Below the pieces are notes generated by a model. The model had not been told where the DNA came from. It saw only the letters and a list, made by a program, of their open reading frames with translations, and made no database searches. Position numbers and translations under genes: made by a program. Of a stretch of 64,000 nt of DNA, positions 42,735 through 53,981 are shown in pieces (position 1 is the first letter of the stretch; every line of letters begins with the position of its first letter). The stretch spans positions 1,216,001 through 1,280,000 of the forward strand of contig OZ244651.1 of the NCBI GenBank assembly GCA_965218695.1, read 5' to 3'. The stretch comes from Nitrosopumilus sp. Lineage in GTDB: Archaea > Thermoproteota > Nitrososphaeria > Nitrososphaerales > Nitrosopumilaceae.

Positions 42735-44496
42735 CAGCTAACCCAAATCTAATTCACTACACGCAAGTCCAACACGTGATGCCATGCATTCTGATGTAAA
42801 ACTGCCCGCAGGTTCCATGAAAACGGAATTAGTCGACCGACACGCGCATCCCAAACCCGGAGTGCTGGCATCCTGTCCATGTGATGTGCAGATATCGACG
42901 CGGCGTGAAAAAATGTGCGCAATATGCCCTGTCATGCGGCATGCAGGCAGGCAGGCAACAGATGAGATCAGGCGGGCACTGGCCGGACGCCGGGCAAGTC
43001 AGGCAAGCCCGGCGGGGGTTCGGGACCGGGCCGCTGCCCAAGGATCCACAACAGCAGCACGAACTTTAGCGCAGTCTGCGTGGTCTTGGGGCCGGCATGG
43101 TCTCCTGACCGGAACGCCAAAAGCGCGTTGGCTGCAACCCACAGGTTGAATAACAGCAGGGAGTACAGGAAGCAGAAGAGGCGCGCGACGCGGTTGCGGC
43201 TGCGCGTCTTGGCCCTCATGCTCTCTATCTTGGCGTATCCGGTCTCTATCCCCCATCGGGCGGCATACGCGTCGGGGTTTATGCCCGGCACGCTGGTGGC
43301 AAACCCGATGTACTTCTCTTCTGGTTTGGCGTTGGGATCTTGGCAGCCCTTTCGCCTCACTATGGACAGAAAGCACGATGCCGACTTGCCCCGGCCGTGC
43401 ATGACGTACTCTGAGACTGCGTTTCTGGTGCCTTCTGCAAACTCCCGCAGCGCCTCTGCCACCCCGGGGGTGTTCCTGGCAGGCATGAGGTAGTCGATTC
43501 CCCTGCTGTTTAGCGCGTCGATCGTCTGCATTGCAAAAAATTCCCTGTCCATCAGGACAAGGCCGATCTTGGCTCCTGCGGCAAGGCAGCCGTCAAGCAC
43601 GGCTCCTGCCATGTCCGGGCCTGACGTGAGCGCCGGCACGCCCAGCGCGGCAAGGTTCAGGCGCGCGCCGGGGTTGACTGCTTGGGCGGTGATGTATCTT
43701 TCAAAATATTTTGTCCCGTTTTTGTACCTAGAGCGCGCAAGCTCGGGACCGCGCGTTCGGTCATACCGGGATATCAGGTGCATGTCTATGGCGACTGTGA
43801 GCCCCTCGACAGGCAGCATGCCTGCCTGTCCCAGCCGGTCCAGCTGCCCAGAGACTGCCTGCCTGAACCGGCACGCCATGTTGTCCTCGTCGATGCCAAG
43901 CAGCCTCAGCCGGAACCACTCGTCACTTGGAACCGCATGGCCTGCCCTTGCGTCTCCGGCCTCCGATGTTGGCCGCATGCCGTTGGCCGCGCCGCCGACT
44001 GACGTGTCAAGGATGGCTCCCCTCACCATGCCGTCGCTCAGGTCCGATACGCCGTATTTCCTGTTGCGTCCGGCCGGAAGAGGGACGATCGACCCGACGA
44101 CGTCGCAGAGTCCCGGCATCATTTGGCAGCGGATCCGGGAGTTGTTTCGGAAGTCGCGCATGATCTTGTTTGCCCCCTGATTGGAGGGCACGCCGTGTCT
44201 GCTCATCCCGGCTGCCTCCCCGGGGCGTGCTGCGTTTGTGCCTGCACGGCACGCCTTGCCGCCGCACGGGTGCGCTTAAATAAAAACCCGGCAAGGATAT
44301 TATGGATTCTGGGTTGTCCTGTGTGGTGGTGCATGCCGTGCATCCCCGAATCCACTTATCTGCACAACAACCATCCCGAGCCCGGAATGCGGTCCGATGT
44401 GACGTGCGTTGACACTGATCATCTAGGTCGAATGCTTCTGCAGCCATGTTTTGGCGCATGTGCGTTACGTGGACAAAATTACTTTTGGGTTAGCTG
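42735..44496 (-). mobile_element. ISH3-family element (transposase 42968-44206)
   Basis: IR CAGCTAACCCAAA; ATACAT duplicated at 42729-34 / 44497-502; AIDMH, LMDREF, RWGIETGY. Confidence 0.92.
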
Positions 44497-44667
44497 ATAC
44501 ATGGCAGCAGTACCATTTGCAGCCCCGTTCGGGCACAATCCGTATGTCCCTGCACGATTCCCTCATGCAGGATTCAGACCGGGGGCGGCTGCCTGATGCT
44601 CATGCCTGTAATGGAAGCCATGCCCTGCATCAGACGGGTTTAATAATCATTTTTGGCGGTCTCTACT

Positions 44668-45888
44668 ATGGTCGTCGTAATTGATCCCCAGATTGCCGGC
44701 GTATCCGGCGACATGATGCTCTGTTCCCTGGTGGATCTTGGGGCAGACGAGGATCGAGTAATTGACGCGATAAGAAGATCCGAGGAGTTTCTGCCGGGCT
44801 CTTCGATTAGGGAGATTCGGTTCTGCCGCATTAAAAAGAACGGGATTCAGGCGGTGGGGCTTGTTCTGGATGTGGATGAGGATGTGCAGGAGAGGACCGG
44901 TGCTGACATGAGGGCGGCCGTGGCCAATTCAGTCGACACGCTGGAAATCTCCAATGATGCGCAGTCATTTGCAGTATCCTGCATAGATGCCCTGATACTG
45001 GCAGAATCCAACATACACGGGACCGGGGAGGACTCTGTCCATCTCCACGAGGCATCCAGCTTTGACACCGTGGCTGACATAGTGGGGGTGGCAGTAGCCT
45101 TGGATAGCCTGGGTCTGTTCGATGAGGAGATTGTATGCCTTCCGATAGCAGTGGGTGGAGGCTCTGTGACGTTTTCGCACGGAACCACGTCCAATCCGGC
45201 AGGTGCCATACTTGAGATCTTCAGGGGCTCGGACCTTGCAATCATGGGAAGTGCTGCCGGTGGCGAGACCACCACTCCCACGGGCGCCTGCATTCTGGCA
45301 AGCCTGGCAGATAGATCCGCAGAGTTTTACCCTCCGATGAAGGTTGCATCCGTGGGTTATGGTGCAGGCCAGAAGGACTTTGCAGGATTTGCAAACGTCC
45401 TGAAGGTCGTCAGGGGCACGACAGGCAGCCTTGGCATGGACACTGTAAAGATTCTTGAGACAAACGTAGACGATGTCTCCGGAGAGGTTCTGGGAAACAT
45501 GATTGAAAGGGTGATGAATGACGGTGCACTGGATGCATCCATATGCCCCGGAACAACCAAGAAGGGCCGGCCAACAAACCTGATATCTGTCATATGCAGG
45601 GACGAGGACGTTGAGCGGATCGTGGATACCATGGTGCTGGAGACTGGCACCCTGGGGGTGCGGATCTCTGAATCCTCCCGGTTTGTAGTCTCCCGCACAA
45701 TCCACAGCACCCACGTATCCGTGGGGGGACGATCATTCCAGGTAAGCTTCAAAAGATCCGCGTTCAAGGGAAGGACCGACTTTAAGATAGAGTTTGATGA
45801 TCTGAAGCGGATATCTGAGGCAGTCGGCAAACCAATTAAAGAGACCGAGTCGTTGATACGAAGGGAGATTGAGGGAGCCGGGACATGA
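44668..45888 (+). CDS. larC: NPN cofactor nickel insertase LarC
   Basis: GVSGDM, AESNIHG..VHLHE, TTPTGA, GYGAG, ETNVDD, KKGRP, ETGTLGVR. Confidence 0.93.
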   Translation: MVVVIDPQIAGVSGDMMLCSLVDLGADEDRVIDAIRRSEEFLPGSSIREIRFCRIKKNGIQAVGLVLDVDEDVQERTGADMRAAVANSVDTLEISNDAQSFAVSCIDALILAESNIHGTGEDSVHLHEASSFDTVADIVGVAVALDSLGLFDEEIVCLPIAVGGGSVTFSHGTTSNPAGAILEIFRGSDLAIMGSAAGGETTTPTGACILASLADRSAEFYPPMKVASVGYGAGQKDFAGFANVLKVVRGTTGSLGMDTVKILETNVDDVSGEVLGNMIERVMNDGALDASICPGTTKKGRPTNLISVICRDEDVERIVDTMVLETGTLGVRISESSRFVVSRTIHSTHVSVGGRSFQVSFKRSAFKGRTDFKIEFDDLKRISEAVGKPIKETESLIRREIEGAGT

Positions 45889-46682
45889 CACATCTTGATG
45901 ATCTTGTTGGGTGGTTTGAGGGCAGGTCCGGGACGATGGTTGCACTGTCAGGCGGAGTCGACAGCGCCCTTGTTGCGTATGCTGCATACCAAGGACTTGG
46001 CAGTATGGCGCTTGCCGTGACTGCCGACTACAGGACACTCCCAAGGGACGAACTTGAAGATGCCAGGCGGGTCTGTTCTGAGATTGGAATTCGGCATGTC
46101 CTCTTGGAGTATGACGAGCTTGAAAACGAGGACTTTGTCCGGAACGACTCCTCCCGGTGCTTTCACTGCAGAATGGATCTGGGGACGCGTCTGGGCGCAC
46201 TGGCCAGGCAGCACCATATCACGACCATCGTTGACGGAACCCATGCAGACGACATGGGGGAATACCGGCCCGGAATCCGGGCACTGAGGCAGAACGGCAT
46301 ATTGAGCCCGCTTGCGGATCTCGGCATCACCAAGCTGCAGATACGCAAGGCAGCATCATCTGTAGGGCTGTCCATCCATGACAAACCTTCAAACTCGTGC
46401 CTTGCATCCCGCATACCCTGGGGCCAGAGGGTGACTGCCGAGAGGCTGACCAGGATCGAGTTTGGTGAGACTATCATCCGGCAGATGACTGCGGCAAGGC
46501 AGGTTCGGGTTCGCGATATCGACGGCTCTGCAATGATCGAGGTGGAAAAGAGCATGTTGCCTGCATTTCGGGGGAAGGTTCTGGGGCAGATTACCAAGAG
46601 ACTGCTGATGATTGGATTTACACGGGTCGAGGTTGATCCGGATGGGTATTCGCCTGGGAAGATCAACGTGATTGCAGATTGA
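45885..46682 (+). CDS. larE: NPN cofactor sulfur transferase LarE
   Basis: SGGVDS PP-loop, RCFHC, YRPG, CLASRIP, QVRVR. Confidence 0.93.
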   Translation: MTHLDDLVGWFEGRSGTMVALSGGVDSALVAYAAYQGLGSMALAVTADYRTLPRDELEDARRVCSEIGIRHVLLEYDELENEDFVRNDSSRCFHCRMDLGTRLGALARQHHITTIVDGTHADDMGEYRPGIRALRQNGILSPLADLGITKLQIRKAASSVGLSIHDKPSNSCLASRIPWGQRVTAERLTRIEFGETIIRQMTAARQVRVRDIDGSAMIEVEKSMLPAFRGKVLGQITKRLLMIGFTRVEVDPDGYSPGKINVIAD

Positions 46683-47842
46683 TCTATCTGGACAACGCAG
46701 CATCGACGATGATCCACCGGGACGTACTGGACTCTATGATGCCGTACCTGGCAGAACAGTACGGCAACCCGTCATCGATACACCGGCACGGAAGGGCTGC
46801 CCGCAGGGCAGTCAGAAAGGCAAAGGGACAGATTGCAGCCCTGATTAACGCCAAGCCATCCGAGATTCTGATCACGTCTGGCGGCACCGAATCAAACAAT
46901 ACTGCCATAATGGGCGTGGCCGCACGGGAACCCTCCTGCCATATAATAACATCCTCAGTCGAACATGACGCTGTCCTGGAGCCGTGCAGAATGCTCCTGG
47001 ATGAGGGCTTTGATGTGGAGTACCTCCCGGTGGACGGGTTCGGCGTGATCAGTCCGTCTGATCTCCAGGATCGGATAACTGACAGAACGCGCCTGATCTC
47101 TGTCATGTTTGGAAACAACGAGGTCGGAACCGTCCAGCCAATATCCGAACTTGCCCGGATCTGCTGCGACTGCGGAGTGCTGTTTCACACCGATGCCGTC
47201 CAGGCAGTCGGCAAGACCCCGATAGACGTCCGGGCGCTTGGCGTTGATCTGATGTCAATCTCCTCTCACAAGATCCACGGCCCCAAGGGAGTCGGTGCGC
47301 TGTTCATAAGGGACGGCATCCGAGTCGATCCCCTGATTCTGGGAGGGGGGCAGGAGCGCGGACTTCGTTCCGGCACCGAGAATGTGGCAGGAATCGTGGG
47401 GTTTGGCAGGGCGTGCGAGATTGCCCGGGAGAACCTGCATGACAACATCGCATATCTGAAGGGACTCCGGGACGCCCTGGTTCGGGGGGTTCTGGATGCG
47501 ATCCCTGCCGTCACGCTGAACGGGGATCCTGCGTCAAGACTGGCAAACAATGCCCATTTTACGTTTCTTGGCGTAAACGGGGAGGACATGATAATCAAGC
47601 TTGACGAGTACGGGGTTGCAGCGTCGACTGGTTCTGCCTGTTCTGTCAACGTCCAAAAGGCCTCGCACGTGTTGCAGGCAATGGGATTCTCCCGCGAGCA
47701 GATCACCGGCTCCCTGCGGCTGACTGTGGGGACCCTTAACACCATGGACGAGATGGCACAGGCAATTGAGATTCTCAAAAAAGTCGTCAGGGAGCTGCGA
47801 GCAGTCTCACCGTTCAAGGAAAAATACTCTTTTACCGGCTAA
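46679..47842 (+). CDS. iscS: Cysteine desulfurase (IscS/NifS type)
   Basis: YLDNAAST, GNPSS, TSGGTESNN, SSHKIHGPKG, STGSAC; 4-nt overlap with larE. Confidence 0.93.
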   Translation: MIYLDNAASTMIHRDVLDSMMPYLAEQYGNPSSIHRHGRAARRAVRKAKGQIAALINAKPSEILITSGGTESNNTAIMGVAAREPSCHIITSSVEHDAVLEPCRMLLDEGFDVEYLPVDGFGVISPSDLQDRITDRTRLISVMFGNNEVGTVQPISELARICCDCGVLFHTDAVQAVGKTPIDVRALGVDLMSISSHKIHGPKGVGALFIRDGIRVDPLILGGGQERGLRSGTENVAGIVGFGRACEIARENLHDNIAYLKGLRDALVRGVLDAIPAVTLNGDPASRLANNAHFTFLGVNGEDMIIKLDEYGVAASTGSACSVNVQKASHVLQAMGFSREQITGSLRLTVGTLNTMDEMAQAIEILKKVVRELRAVSPFKEKYSFTG

Positions 47843-48665
47843 ACTGCAGTAGTGCCGTCCTGCCCCTTGCCGCCAGGACTGCAACTGCCATGCCTGCGCC
47901 CAGGGCAATCATGACTGCGGCCCCGAACTCCGGAACCACGTATGTTCCGATCACGTCAATCCTTGAATCGCTCTGCACAAAGTCGACTGTTATCACCCTT
48001 GAATCCGAATCCCCTATCGTCTCCTCGTATGCTGTCTGCACTTCGTCGACTAGGACGATAAACACCTCGTCCCTTCCGCTCTGCTTTTCGGCCCCTATGA
48101 ACTCCCTTGGCAGATTCATGGTGATGGATCCATCATCTTCTGTCTCCATCTCCACCACTATGCCCAAGTTTGGTGAATCCACAGTTATGTCGCTGAGCGT
48201 GCCGCCCCTGATGGTATACTCTACATCAAAGGTTCCGTAGCTTCCTGCATCTACTTCAAAGATATCCGTAGTAGACTTTGGTGCTGATTCCGGGGAGTAC
48301 CTAAATGTGGTCTCTGCAATTCTTCCCTCTCCGTACAAGGCCCTGATTGTATACTTTCCTCCCTTGTTCCACTTGTCGCCTTCCAGGATGATGGTGTCCG
48401 AGTAGCTCTTGTCCTCCTGCGCCACCTCAATCTGCGCAACGTCTATCAGGACGTTGCCCGTTGCGAATACCTGTAATATGACAGGTGTGCCTGGTATGAC
48501 GATCCCGACACTTCCAGAGATTACCATCGTATCGCCCTCGTTGTAGTGGCTGTCATCTGTCTGTACTGTAACTTGTTGCTCCTGTGCCCCGGCACTGCCT
48601 GCTGAGACTGCAAGCAGCACTGCCACTACTACTGCCGCTATGACATAAAACACATTACTTTTCAC
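47832..48665 (-). CDS. PEFG-CTERM surface protein
   Basis: Signal peptide; VVPEFG followed by TM and basic tail; GTG start at 48665. Confidence 0.88.
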   Translation of the reverse strand: MKSNVFYVIAAVVVAVLLAVSAGSAGAQEQQVTVQTDDSHYNEGDTMVISGSVGIVIPGTPVILQVFATGNVLIDVAQIEVAQEDKSYSDTIILEGDKWNKGGKYTIRALYGEGRIAETTFRYSPESAPKSTTDIFEVDAGSYGTFDVEYTIRGGTLSDITVDSPNLGIVVEMETEDDGSITMNLPREFIGAEKQSGRDEVFIVLVDEVQTAYEETIGDSDSRVITVDFVQSDSRIDVIGTYVVPEFGAAVMIALGAGMAVAVLAARGRTALLQFSR

Positions 48666-48806
48666 ATGGTTTACAGGGCATGTTTGTATATCTCTTTTAC
48701 TGTCAAGTGGCGGGGCCGTTGCCGGCGCGATGGCACATGTCAGCCTATGACGTGATGATGATGCAACGTCCGGCATTCGAGAATGTAAAAATGAAAAAAT
48801 AAAGAA

Positions 48807-49670
48807 TTAGTATCTTGGCATGATACTGAGTCTTGACCTTGCAGATACTGCAATTATGGCAACTACTGCCACTGCCAAGATCATGCCTGCAATCGTACCA
48901 AACTCTGGAATCACACGGGATCCAAATACCTCAATCATCTCTGCGCCTGCCAGGAACTCGACTGTTATGTTGCCGTCGTTGTCTATACTGACATCATCCC
49001 ACTCTTCCCCATCGACAGATATCAGGAATATGCCTTCCTGAACTTCACTTGGGATGGCTAGCACCAGTATTCCGTCTTCTTCTGCATCGATGTTGATTAT
49101 GATGGAGTTGTCCTTCTGGTTGATAGAAGAGTCTGTTATGGTCCCGCCGGAGATGCTGCCTGTCATACAATACCCGACAATCATCACCTCTTCAGCAGAA
49201 CAGTCCTCTTTACCTACTTCCATCATTGTGCTGCCTGCCAGTTCAATCCGTACACTGTTGCTCTTTTCAGTGCTTCCGTAGCTTGCCTCGATGGTGTATG
49301 TTCCTTCATGCTTCCATATGATGCCTGCTGTGTTGAATGATGTCGAATATGTCGAATCCTCTGCCACATCAAGCTGCGCAACACTGACTATGGTGTTGTA
49401 CGGGTGTGGGCTTGTGACCGTGACTGTGATTGGTAGTCCCGGTGATATGTTTGCCACCTTGCCATCTACCTGTATGATGTCGCCTGATTCGTATTCTGCC
49501 TTGTCTGTCTGGATTGATACTGCCGTATTGACTATCAGTCTGGCCTCGTTTAGATCCTCTTCACAATCTACACATGCCTGTGAGCTGTCTTGGGCGTATG
49601 CTGATGATATGGTTAGGGTGCCAACTACAGCTAAAATTGCTAATAGCATAAATGGTGTGCGGCTGTTCAT
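48807..49670 (-). CDS. PEFG-CTERM surface protein
   Basis: VIPEFGTIAGMILAVAVVAIIAVSARSRLSIMPRY. Confidence 0.92.
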   Translation of the reverse strand: MNSRTPFMLLAILAVVGTLTISSAYAQDSSQACVDCEEDLNEARLIVNTAVSIQTDKAEYESGDIIQVDGKVANISPGLPITVTVTSPHPYNTIVSVAQLDVAEDSTYSTSFNTAGIIWKHEGTYTIEASYGSTEKSNSVRIELAGSTMMEVGKEDCSAEEVMIVGYCMTGSISGGTITDSSINQKDNSIIINIDAEEDGILVLAIPSEVQEGIFLISVDGEEWDDVSIDNDGNITVEFLAGAEMIEVFGSRVIPEFGTIAGMILAVAVVAIIAVSARSRLSIMPRY

Positions 49671-50003
49671 CTTATTTTGCGATACTGTTATCCCTATTTA
49701 TGTATTTTAAGGGAAATTATGCAAGTACGCTGCCAGGATGGGCCGTACTCTGCGTCTTTTTCTGATGCTGCTGCTGCGGCTCCCTCCGGACTTGATCATC
49801 ATCATCGTCATCCCGTTCCCTTTGAGAAGGTATGGTGGAATCTCTGTCTGTTCCTTGTGTCTCTTGATGGCGTCATGCTGCTTGAAGTGGCATTGTGTCT
49901 GCAAGGGTGTTGCTTGTGGCCTCTGTTCCCGTATGGTGGGCTGAAGGCGGATCCGCCAACCGTACCATGTCCTGTGGTGTGGCGGCAACCAACGAACCAA
50001 TAC

Positions 50004-50021
50004 TAAAAAAATAATAAAAAA
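50004..50021 (-). terminator. Oligo-T terminator-like tract (similar tracts near 48786-48804 and 53107-53128)
   Basis: T-rich run on the minus strand immediately after PEFG gene stops. Confidence 0.5.
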
Positions 50022-50028
50022 GTATGAA

Positions 50029-50874
50029 TTAGTATCTTGGAATGATGCTGAGTCTTGACCTTGCAGACACTGCAATGATGGCCACCACTGCTACTGCCAA
50101 GATCATGGCTGCAATGGTACCAAACTCGGGCACTATGACTCCGTCTTGGATATCCACCATGACTGTGTCGGTGTATGCTTCATCGTCGAACTGCTGTGCT
50201 GTTACTGTGTATATGCCATCCTGTTTCCACAACGGCCCGCCGGTAGTCAGTATCGCACTGAACTCTCCGTCCAGTGTAGGCGATGCCTGATCAGCCGTGA
50301 CCACGTTTCCGTTTGGCGCAGTGACTGTCAGGGAGATATCCTGACTTAACTTGTCAGTTGTTCCAGTGATCACGATCTCTGTGGATCCGACACTTGCATC
50401 TGCGCTGATTGTTATTCCAGTCGGCATTGTTGCAGTTGTACTGCTTCGTTCAAACAGGGGTGCTATGTTGGACTCGTTTTCCATTGTCTTCAGCGCCACT
50501 CCGTCTCTTATCTCAATGATGGTGTCCAGTATGTGCAATGTGGCTCGCTGCGTGACTACGATCGCATAGAATCCGTCCTCGTTCCATGAAGGACCGATTT
50601 TGAACTCTTCTGCAAATTCTCCACTAGAATCTGGCGTGATCTGTCCGACGGCAACCACCTTGCCGTTTGGTGATGTCACCTTGAGGGTCACATCCGTGGC
50701 ATCTGAAGTCGTCATGCCGTTGACTGTAAATGACTCTGCTCCGTTGTCTGCCATTACGGAAATGGCCATTCCTTCATTTTGGGCAAACGCATTCTGCTGA
50801 ACCAAAGTCATCGAAATCAGCGACAGTGTCAGTATGACTACTGCAGTCGATCTTGTTGAGGGTCTGAATTTCAT
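50029..50874 (-). CDS. PEFG-CTERM surface protein with two Ig-like repeats
   Basis: VT(S/A)PNG(K/N)VV..Q repeated twice; IVPEFG-TM tail. Confidence 0.92.
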   Translation of the reverse strand: MKFRPSTRSTAVVILTLSLISMTLVQQNAFAQNEGMAISVMADNGAESFTVNGMTTSDATDVTLKVTSPNGKVVAVGQITPDSSGEFAEEFKIGPSWNEDGFYAIVVTQRATLHILDTIIEIRDGVALKTMENESNIAPLFERSSTTATMPTGITISADASVGSTEIVITGTTDKLSQDISLTVTAPNGNVVTADQASPTLDGEFSAILTTGGPLWKQDGIYTVTAQQFDDEAYTDTVMVDIQDGVIVPEFGTIAAMILAVAVVAIIAVSARSRLSIIPRY

Positions 50875-51465
50875 CTTGATCTTATACTTTTGTATTGGTA
50901 TTTATGTATCACACTCCCCGATCCTGCAAACTCCGCTTACAGTCCAGAATATTTCCTAGCACAGCCACCATGTGATGGCGATCCGGCGCGTAATGACACT
51001 CAAACCGGCTTTTGGGATTGCTTTGCATTCCCGATGCAGAGATGGGCGTGTCTGCACCCGGATCGTGCACGGCCAATGAATCCACAAGTGTGCCACACTT
51101 GCAATGATGGTAATCCCGTGTCCTTTTTCGGGTGGCGCAAGTCATCTGCAGGACGATGTTGTGTGTCGAGTCAGCACCGTCTTGTCAGGATGACTCCGGA
51201 CGGAAACAAACCACACGCAGAACCATACAATTCTAAATAAAAACAGTTAACACAGAAGTAAAAGATCCTGCCTGACATGCAGGACACGCCCGCGCCATCT
51301 CGTACACATCCGCACTGAATCTGCAGGCGTTGCCAAAAATAGCTGCCGGCAGGTGCAAATTACATGTCATTGCAGCTTAAAAGAATGGAGTGAGAGTACC
51401 CGTCAATGAACCACCATGAACGGGCTCACACACCATATCGGATTCACGGAATTGGGATTTAAGGT

Positions 51466-52812
51466 TTGCACGGCTGCTGCCGGAAACGGCGCTGCATCAG
51501 GCAGGCGGCGAAACCCGAAGTGACTGCCATGCCCGGCCCGCAGAACCGCATGCAGCGTTCCCTGAAAAACAATCCGGCCATGATGGGCGGGCCGGTCATG
51601 GACGGGGTATCTGAGACGTTTGATCCCGGAATTCCGTCCCCCAAAAGGCACAACACCACGTACGGGCCGGCCGATTTTCACAGGGTCATGGTGGCAGCTG
51701 CGCTGCTTGGCGTCTCGGCCTTTGGATACGCGTCTGCCATGCGCAATGCCACGACCTTCCTGTCGGGGCTGAAAAAATCCCACCGCCGGGCCGTCAGCGG
51801 CGAGTGGATCCGGGACACGATATCCAGGATCAAAAGGGATCAGCTGATCAAGGCGTTTAACGAAAAGATAGGCGTCCAGCTGGACAGGTTGCAGGAGCTG
51901 GGCATGCTTGCAGGCAGGAAGATGGACGTGGCCATAGACATGCACCTGATACCCCGCTGGGACTCCAACCACAACGAAGACGTAGTGCGCTCAAAGAGCA
52001 AGGGCAAGACGGGCAGTTTTGAGCGCTACGTCACGGCGCAGTGCGTCAACAGGAGGATGAACCTTGCGCTTGGCGTGATTCACATGCCCGCCCTTGAAGA
52101 CGCCTCTGATTTTGTACGGCGGATCATCAAAACGTGCAGGGACAACAGGGTCAGAATCGGGGTTGCCATGCTTGACCGCGAATTCTTTTCCACCGACGTC
52201 ATCCGGACACTGCATGAGACGGGCGTGGACTTTCTCATGCCATGCGTCAACACGACCAACGTGATCCGGGCCATCGCGCAGTTTGATCGCGGGGAGCGCA
52301 TGGCAGTGTCCAGGTTCCGCATAGCAAAGACCAAGAACGACTACGAGGAATACACCATGATAATAACAAAACGCAAAAGAAAAAGCAGGAAATCAGGCGG
52401 CAAAAAGCCCGAGGAGGAATACATCGCGTTTGCCACAAGCGTGCCCGGAATCAAGCCAGACCTGTACTCCAAGAGGTGGGTCATAGAAACGGGATACAGG
52501 ATGGTGGAGAGCCAAAGGGTAAGGACGCGCAGTACCTCCAGTACCGCACGGCTGTTCTGTTTTCTCTACTCGATGATCCTGTACAACGTGTGGGTTCTGG
52601 CAAATGCCGAGCTGACACGCAATCCGGGCATGTCAGGCGGCAGCGGGGTGTATTTGACAATGAGGCAGATTGACATGAAGGCAATCCTTTTGCTGATGAC
52701 CATTCCCCGGGATCTTGCCAGGCACAAGCCGCCGGATCCGTGCTGCATCTGCCACGCTGCCGGATGCGCGGCCGGCCGCCGCATCCAAGGCACCCTGCCA
52801 CCCCTGAAGTAG
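51466..52812 (+). mobile_element. ISH3-family transposase (ends not resolved)
   Basis: AIDMH, MLDREF, YSKRWVIETGY; related to 42968-44206; start may be 51529. Confidence 0.9.
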
Positions 52813-53129
52813 ATTCTGCAGAACCGTCTCTTGCAGGAATGGACGGACGGACGGACGGTGCGTAGCCATTCCGAAGAACCGGACGCAGTACTGCGTTTTG
52901 CCTTCAAACGTATCCAGCGTGCCACTGAATGTTTGTCTTTTGCCCATGGGCACGGCCACCGACACCCGGTACCGCCATGCCCACGCCATGCATCTAGATC
53001 ATGCAGGCAGGACAAGACATTGGCATGTTTGAGGCTTTCAACATGGGTATTGGAATAGGCATTCTATCCAATCATGCACTAAATTGTTGCTACTTCTGCG
53101 TTAACTGAAAAAGAAGAAAAAGATAAAAT

Positions 53130-53981
53130 CTAGTATCTTGGAATGATGCTGAGTCTTGACCTTGCAGATACTGCAATGATGGCCACTACTGCCACTGCCA
53201 GGATCATGGCTGCAATCGTGCCGAACTCCGGAATTACGAAGGTGCCGTATATCCTAATCTCCTCGGCTCCTGCCGGGAAGTCGATAGTAAGCGTCCTTGA
53301 ATCGTCTGTCACCGTCTCCTCAAAGTCCACCTCTTCCAAGTCCACCAGGACAAAGTATGTATCGTCTGTACCGTCATCGTGTGTGGCATCGGCTACTGTT
53401 CTGGGTATGGTGATCTTCAGCGTACCGTCCTCATTTGTCGCAATGGCTATCACCAGTGCAGTCTCTTTCACATCGGGCGTGATGCTTAGTATGTCACCTG
53501 TGGTAAGCTCGTATCCGACCAAAAGATCTTCATTGCCTGTGACCATAACATCTCCGGCACTTGGCTCAATTGATATCATTACGTCCTTCATTCCGTCGTC
53601 AATTATGACATCGGTCAACTCAAATGATGTTGATGCCGAACGGCTGTCTGCTCCGTACTGGGCCACTACCGTGTATGTGCCTTCGATCTTCATCAGAGGT
53701 CCGCCTGCAGTGATGTCGGCGCTGAACGTCTTGTCTGGATTGACAGTTACCTGATCAATAGCTACCCTGTTTCCGTTGGAGGAAGTAACAGTTATGGATA
53801 CTGGTATTCCTGTATACAGATCCCTGACCTCGCCTGATACCATGATTACCTCGCCGCCCATATAGGACTCTTTGTCTGTGGTAACCGTGATTGCACTCTG
53901 AACTTGTCCAAATGCTGGTGCCATGCCAATACTTACAACTAAAATTGCAGATAAGGCAAACACCGATAGATGAGTTTTCAT
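53130..53981 (-). CDS. PEFG-CTERM surface protein
   Basis: Signal peptide MKTHLSVF..; VIPEFG-TM tail. Confidence 0.92.
   Translation of the reverse strand: MKTHLSVFALSAILVVSIGMAPAFGQVQSAITVTTDKESYMGGEVIMVSGEVRDLYTGIPVSITVTSSNGNRVAIDQVTVNPDKTFSADITAGGPLMKIEGTYTVVAQYGADSRSASTSFELTDVIIDDGMKDVMISIEPSAGDVMVTGNEDLLVGYELTTGDILSITPDVKETALVIAIATNEDGTLKITIPRTVADATHDDGTDDTYFVLVDLEEVDFEETVTDDSRTLTIDFPAGAEEIRIYGTFVIPEFGTIAAMILAVAVVAIIAVSARSRLSIIPRY

Noticed and set aside
49707-50075. ORFs in the spacer between PEFG genes (and 50890-51400)
   Set aside because: No recognisable motifs or protein-like composition; treated as intergenic
51390-53060. Terminal inverted repeats for the third ISH3
   Set aside because: Only weak similarity (CAAT.. 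at 51404 versus ..ATTG near 53051) and no matching TSD, so the ends were not called
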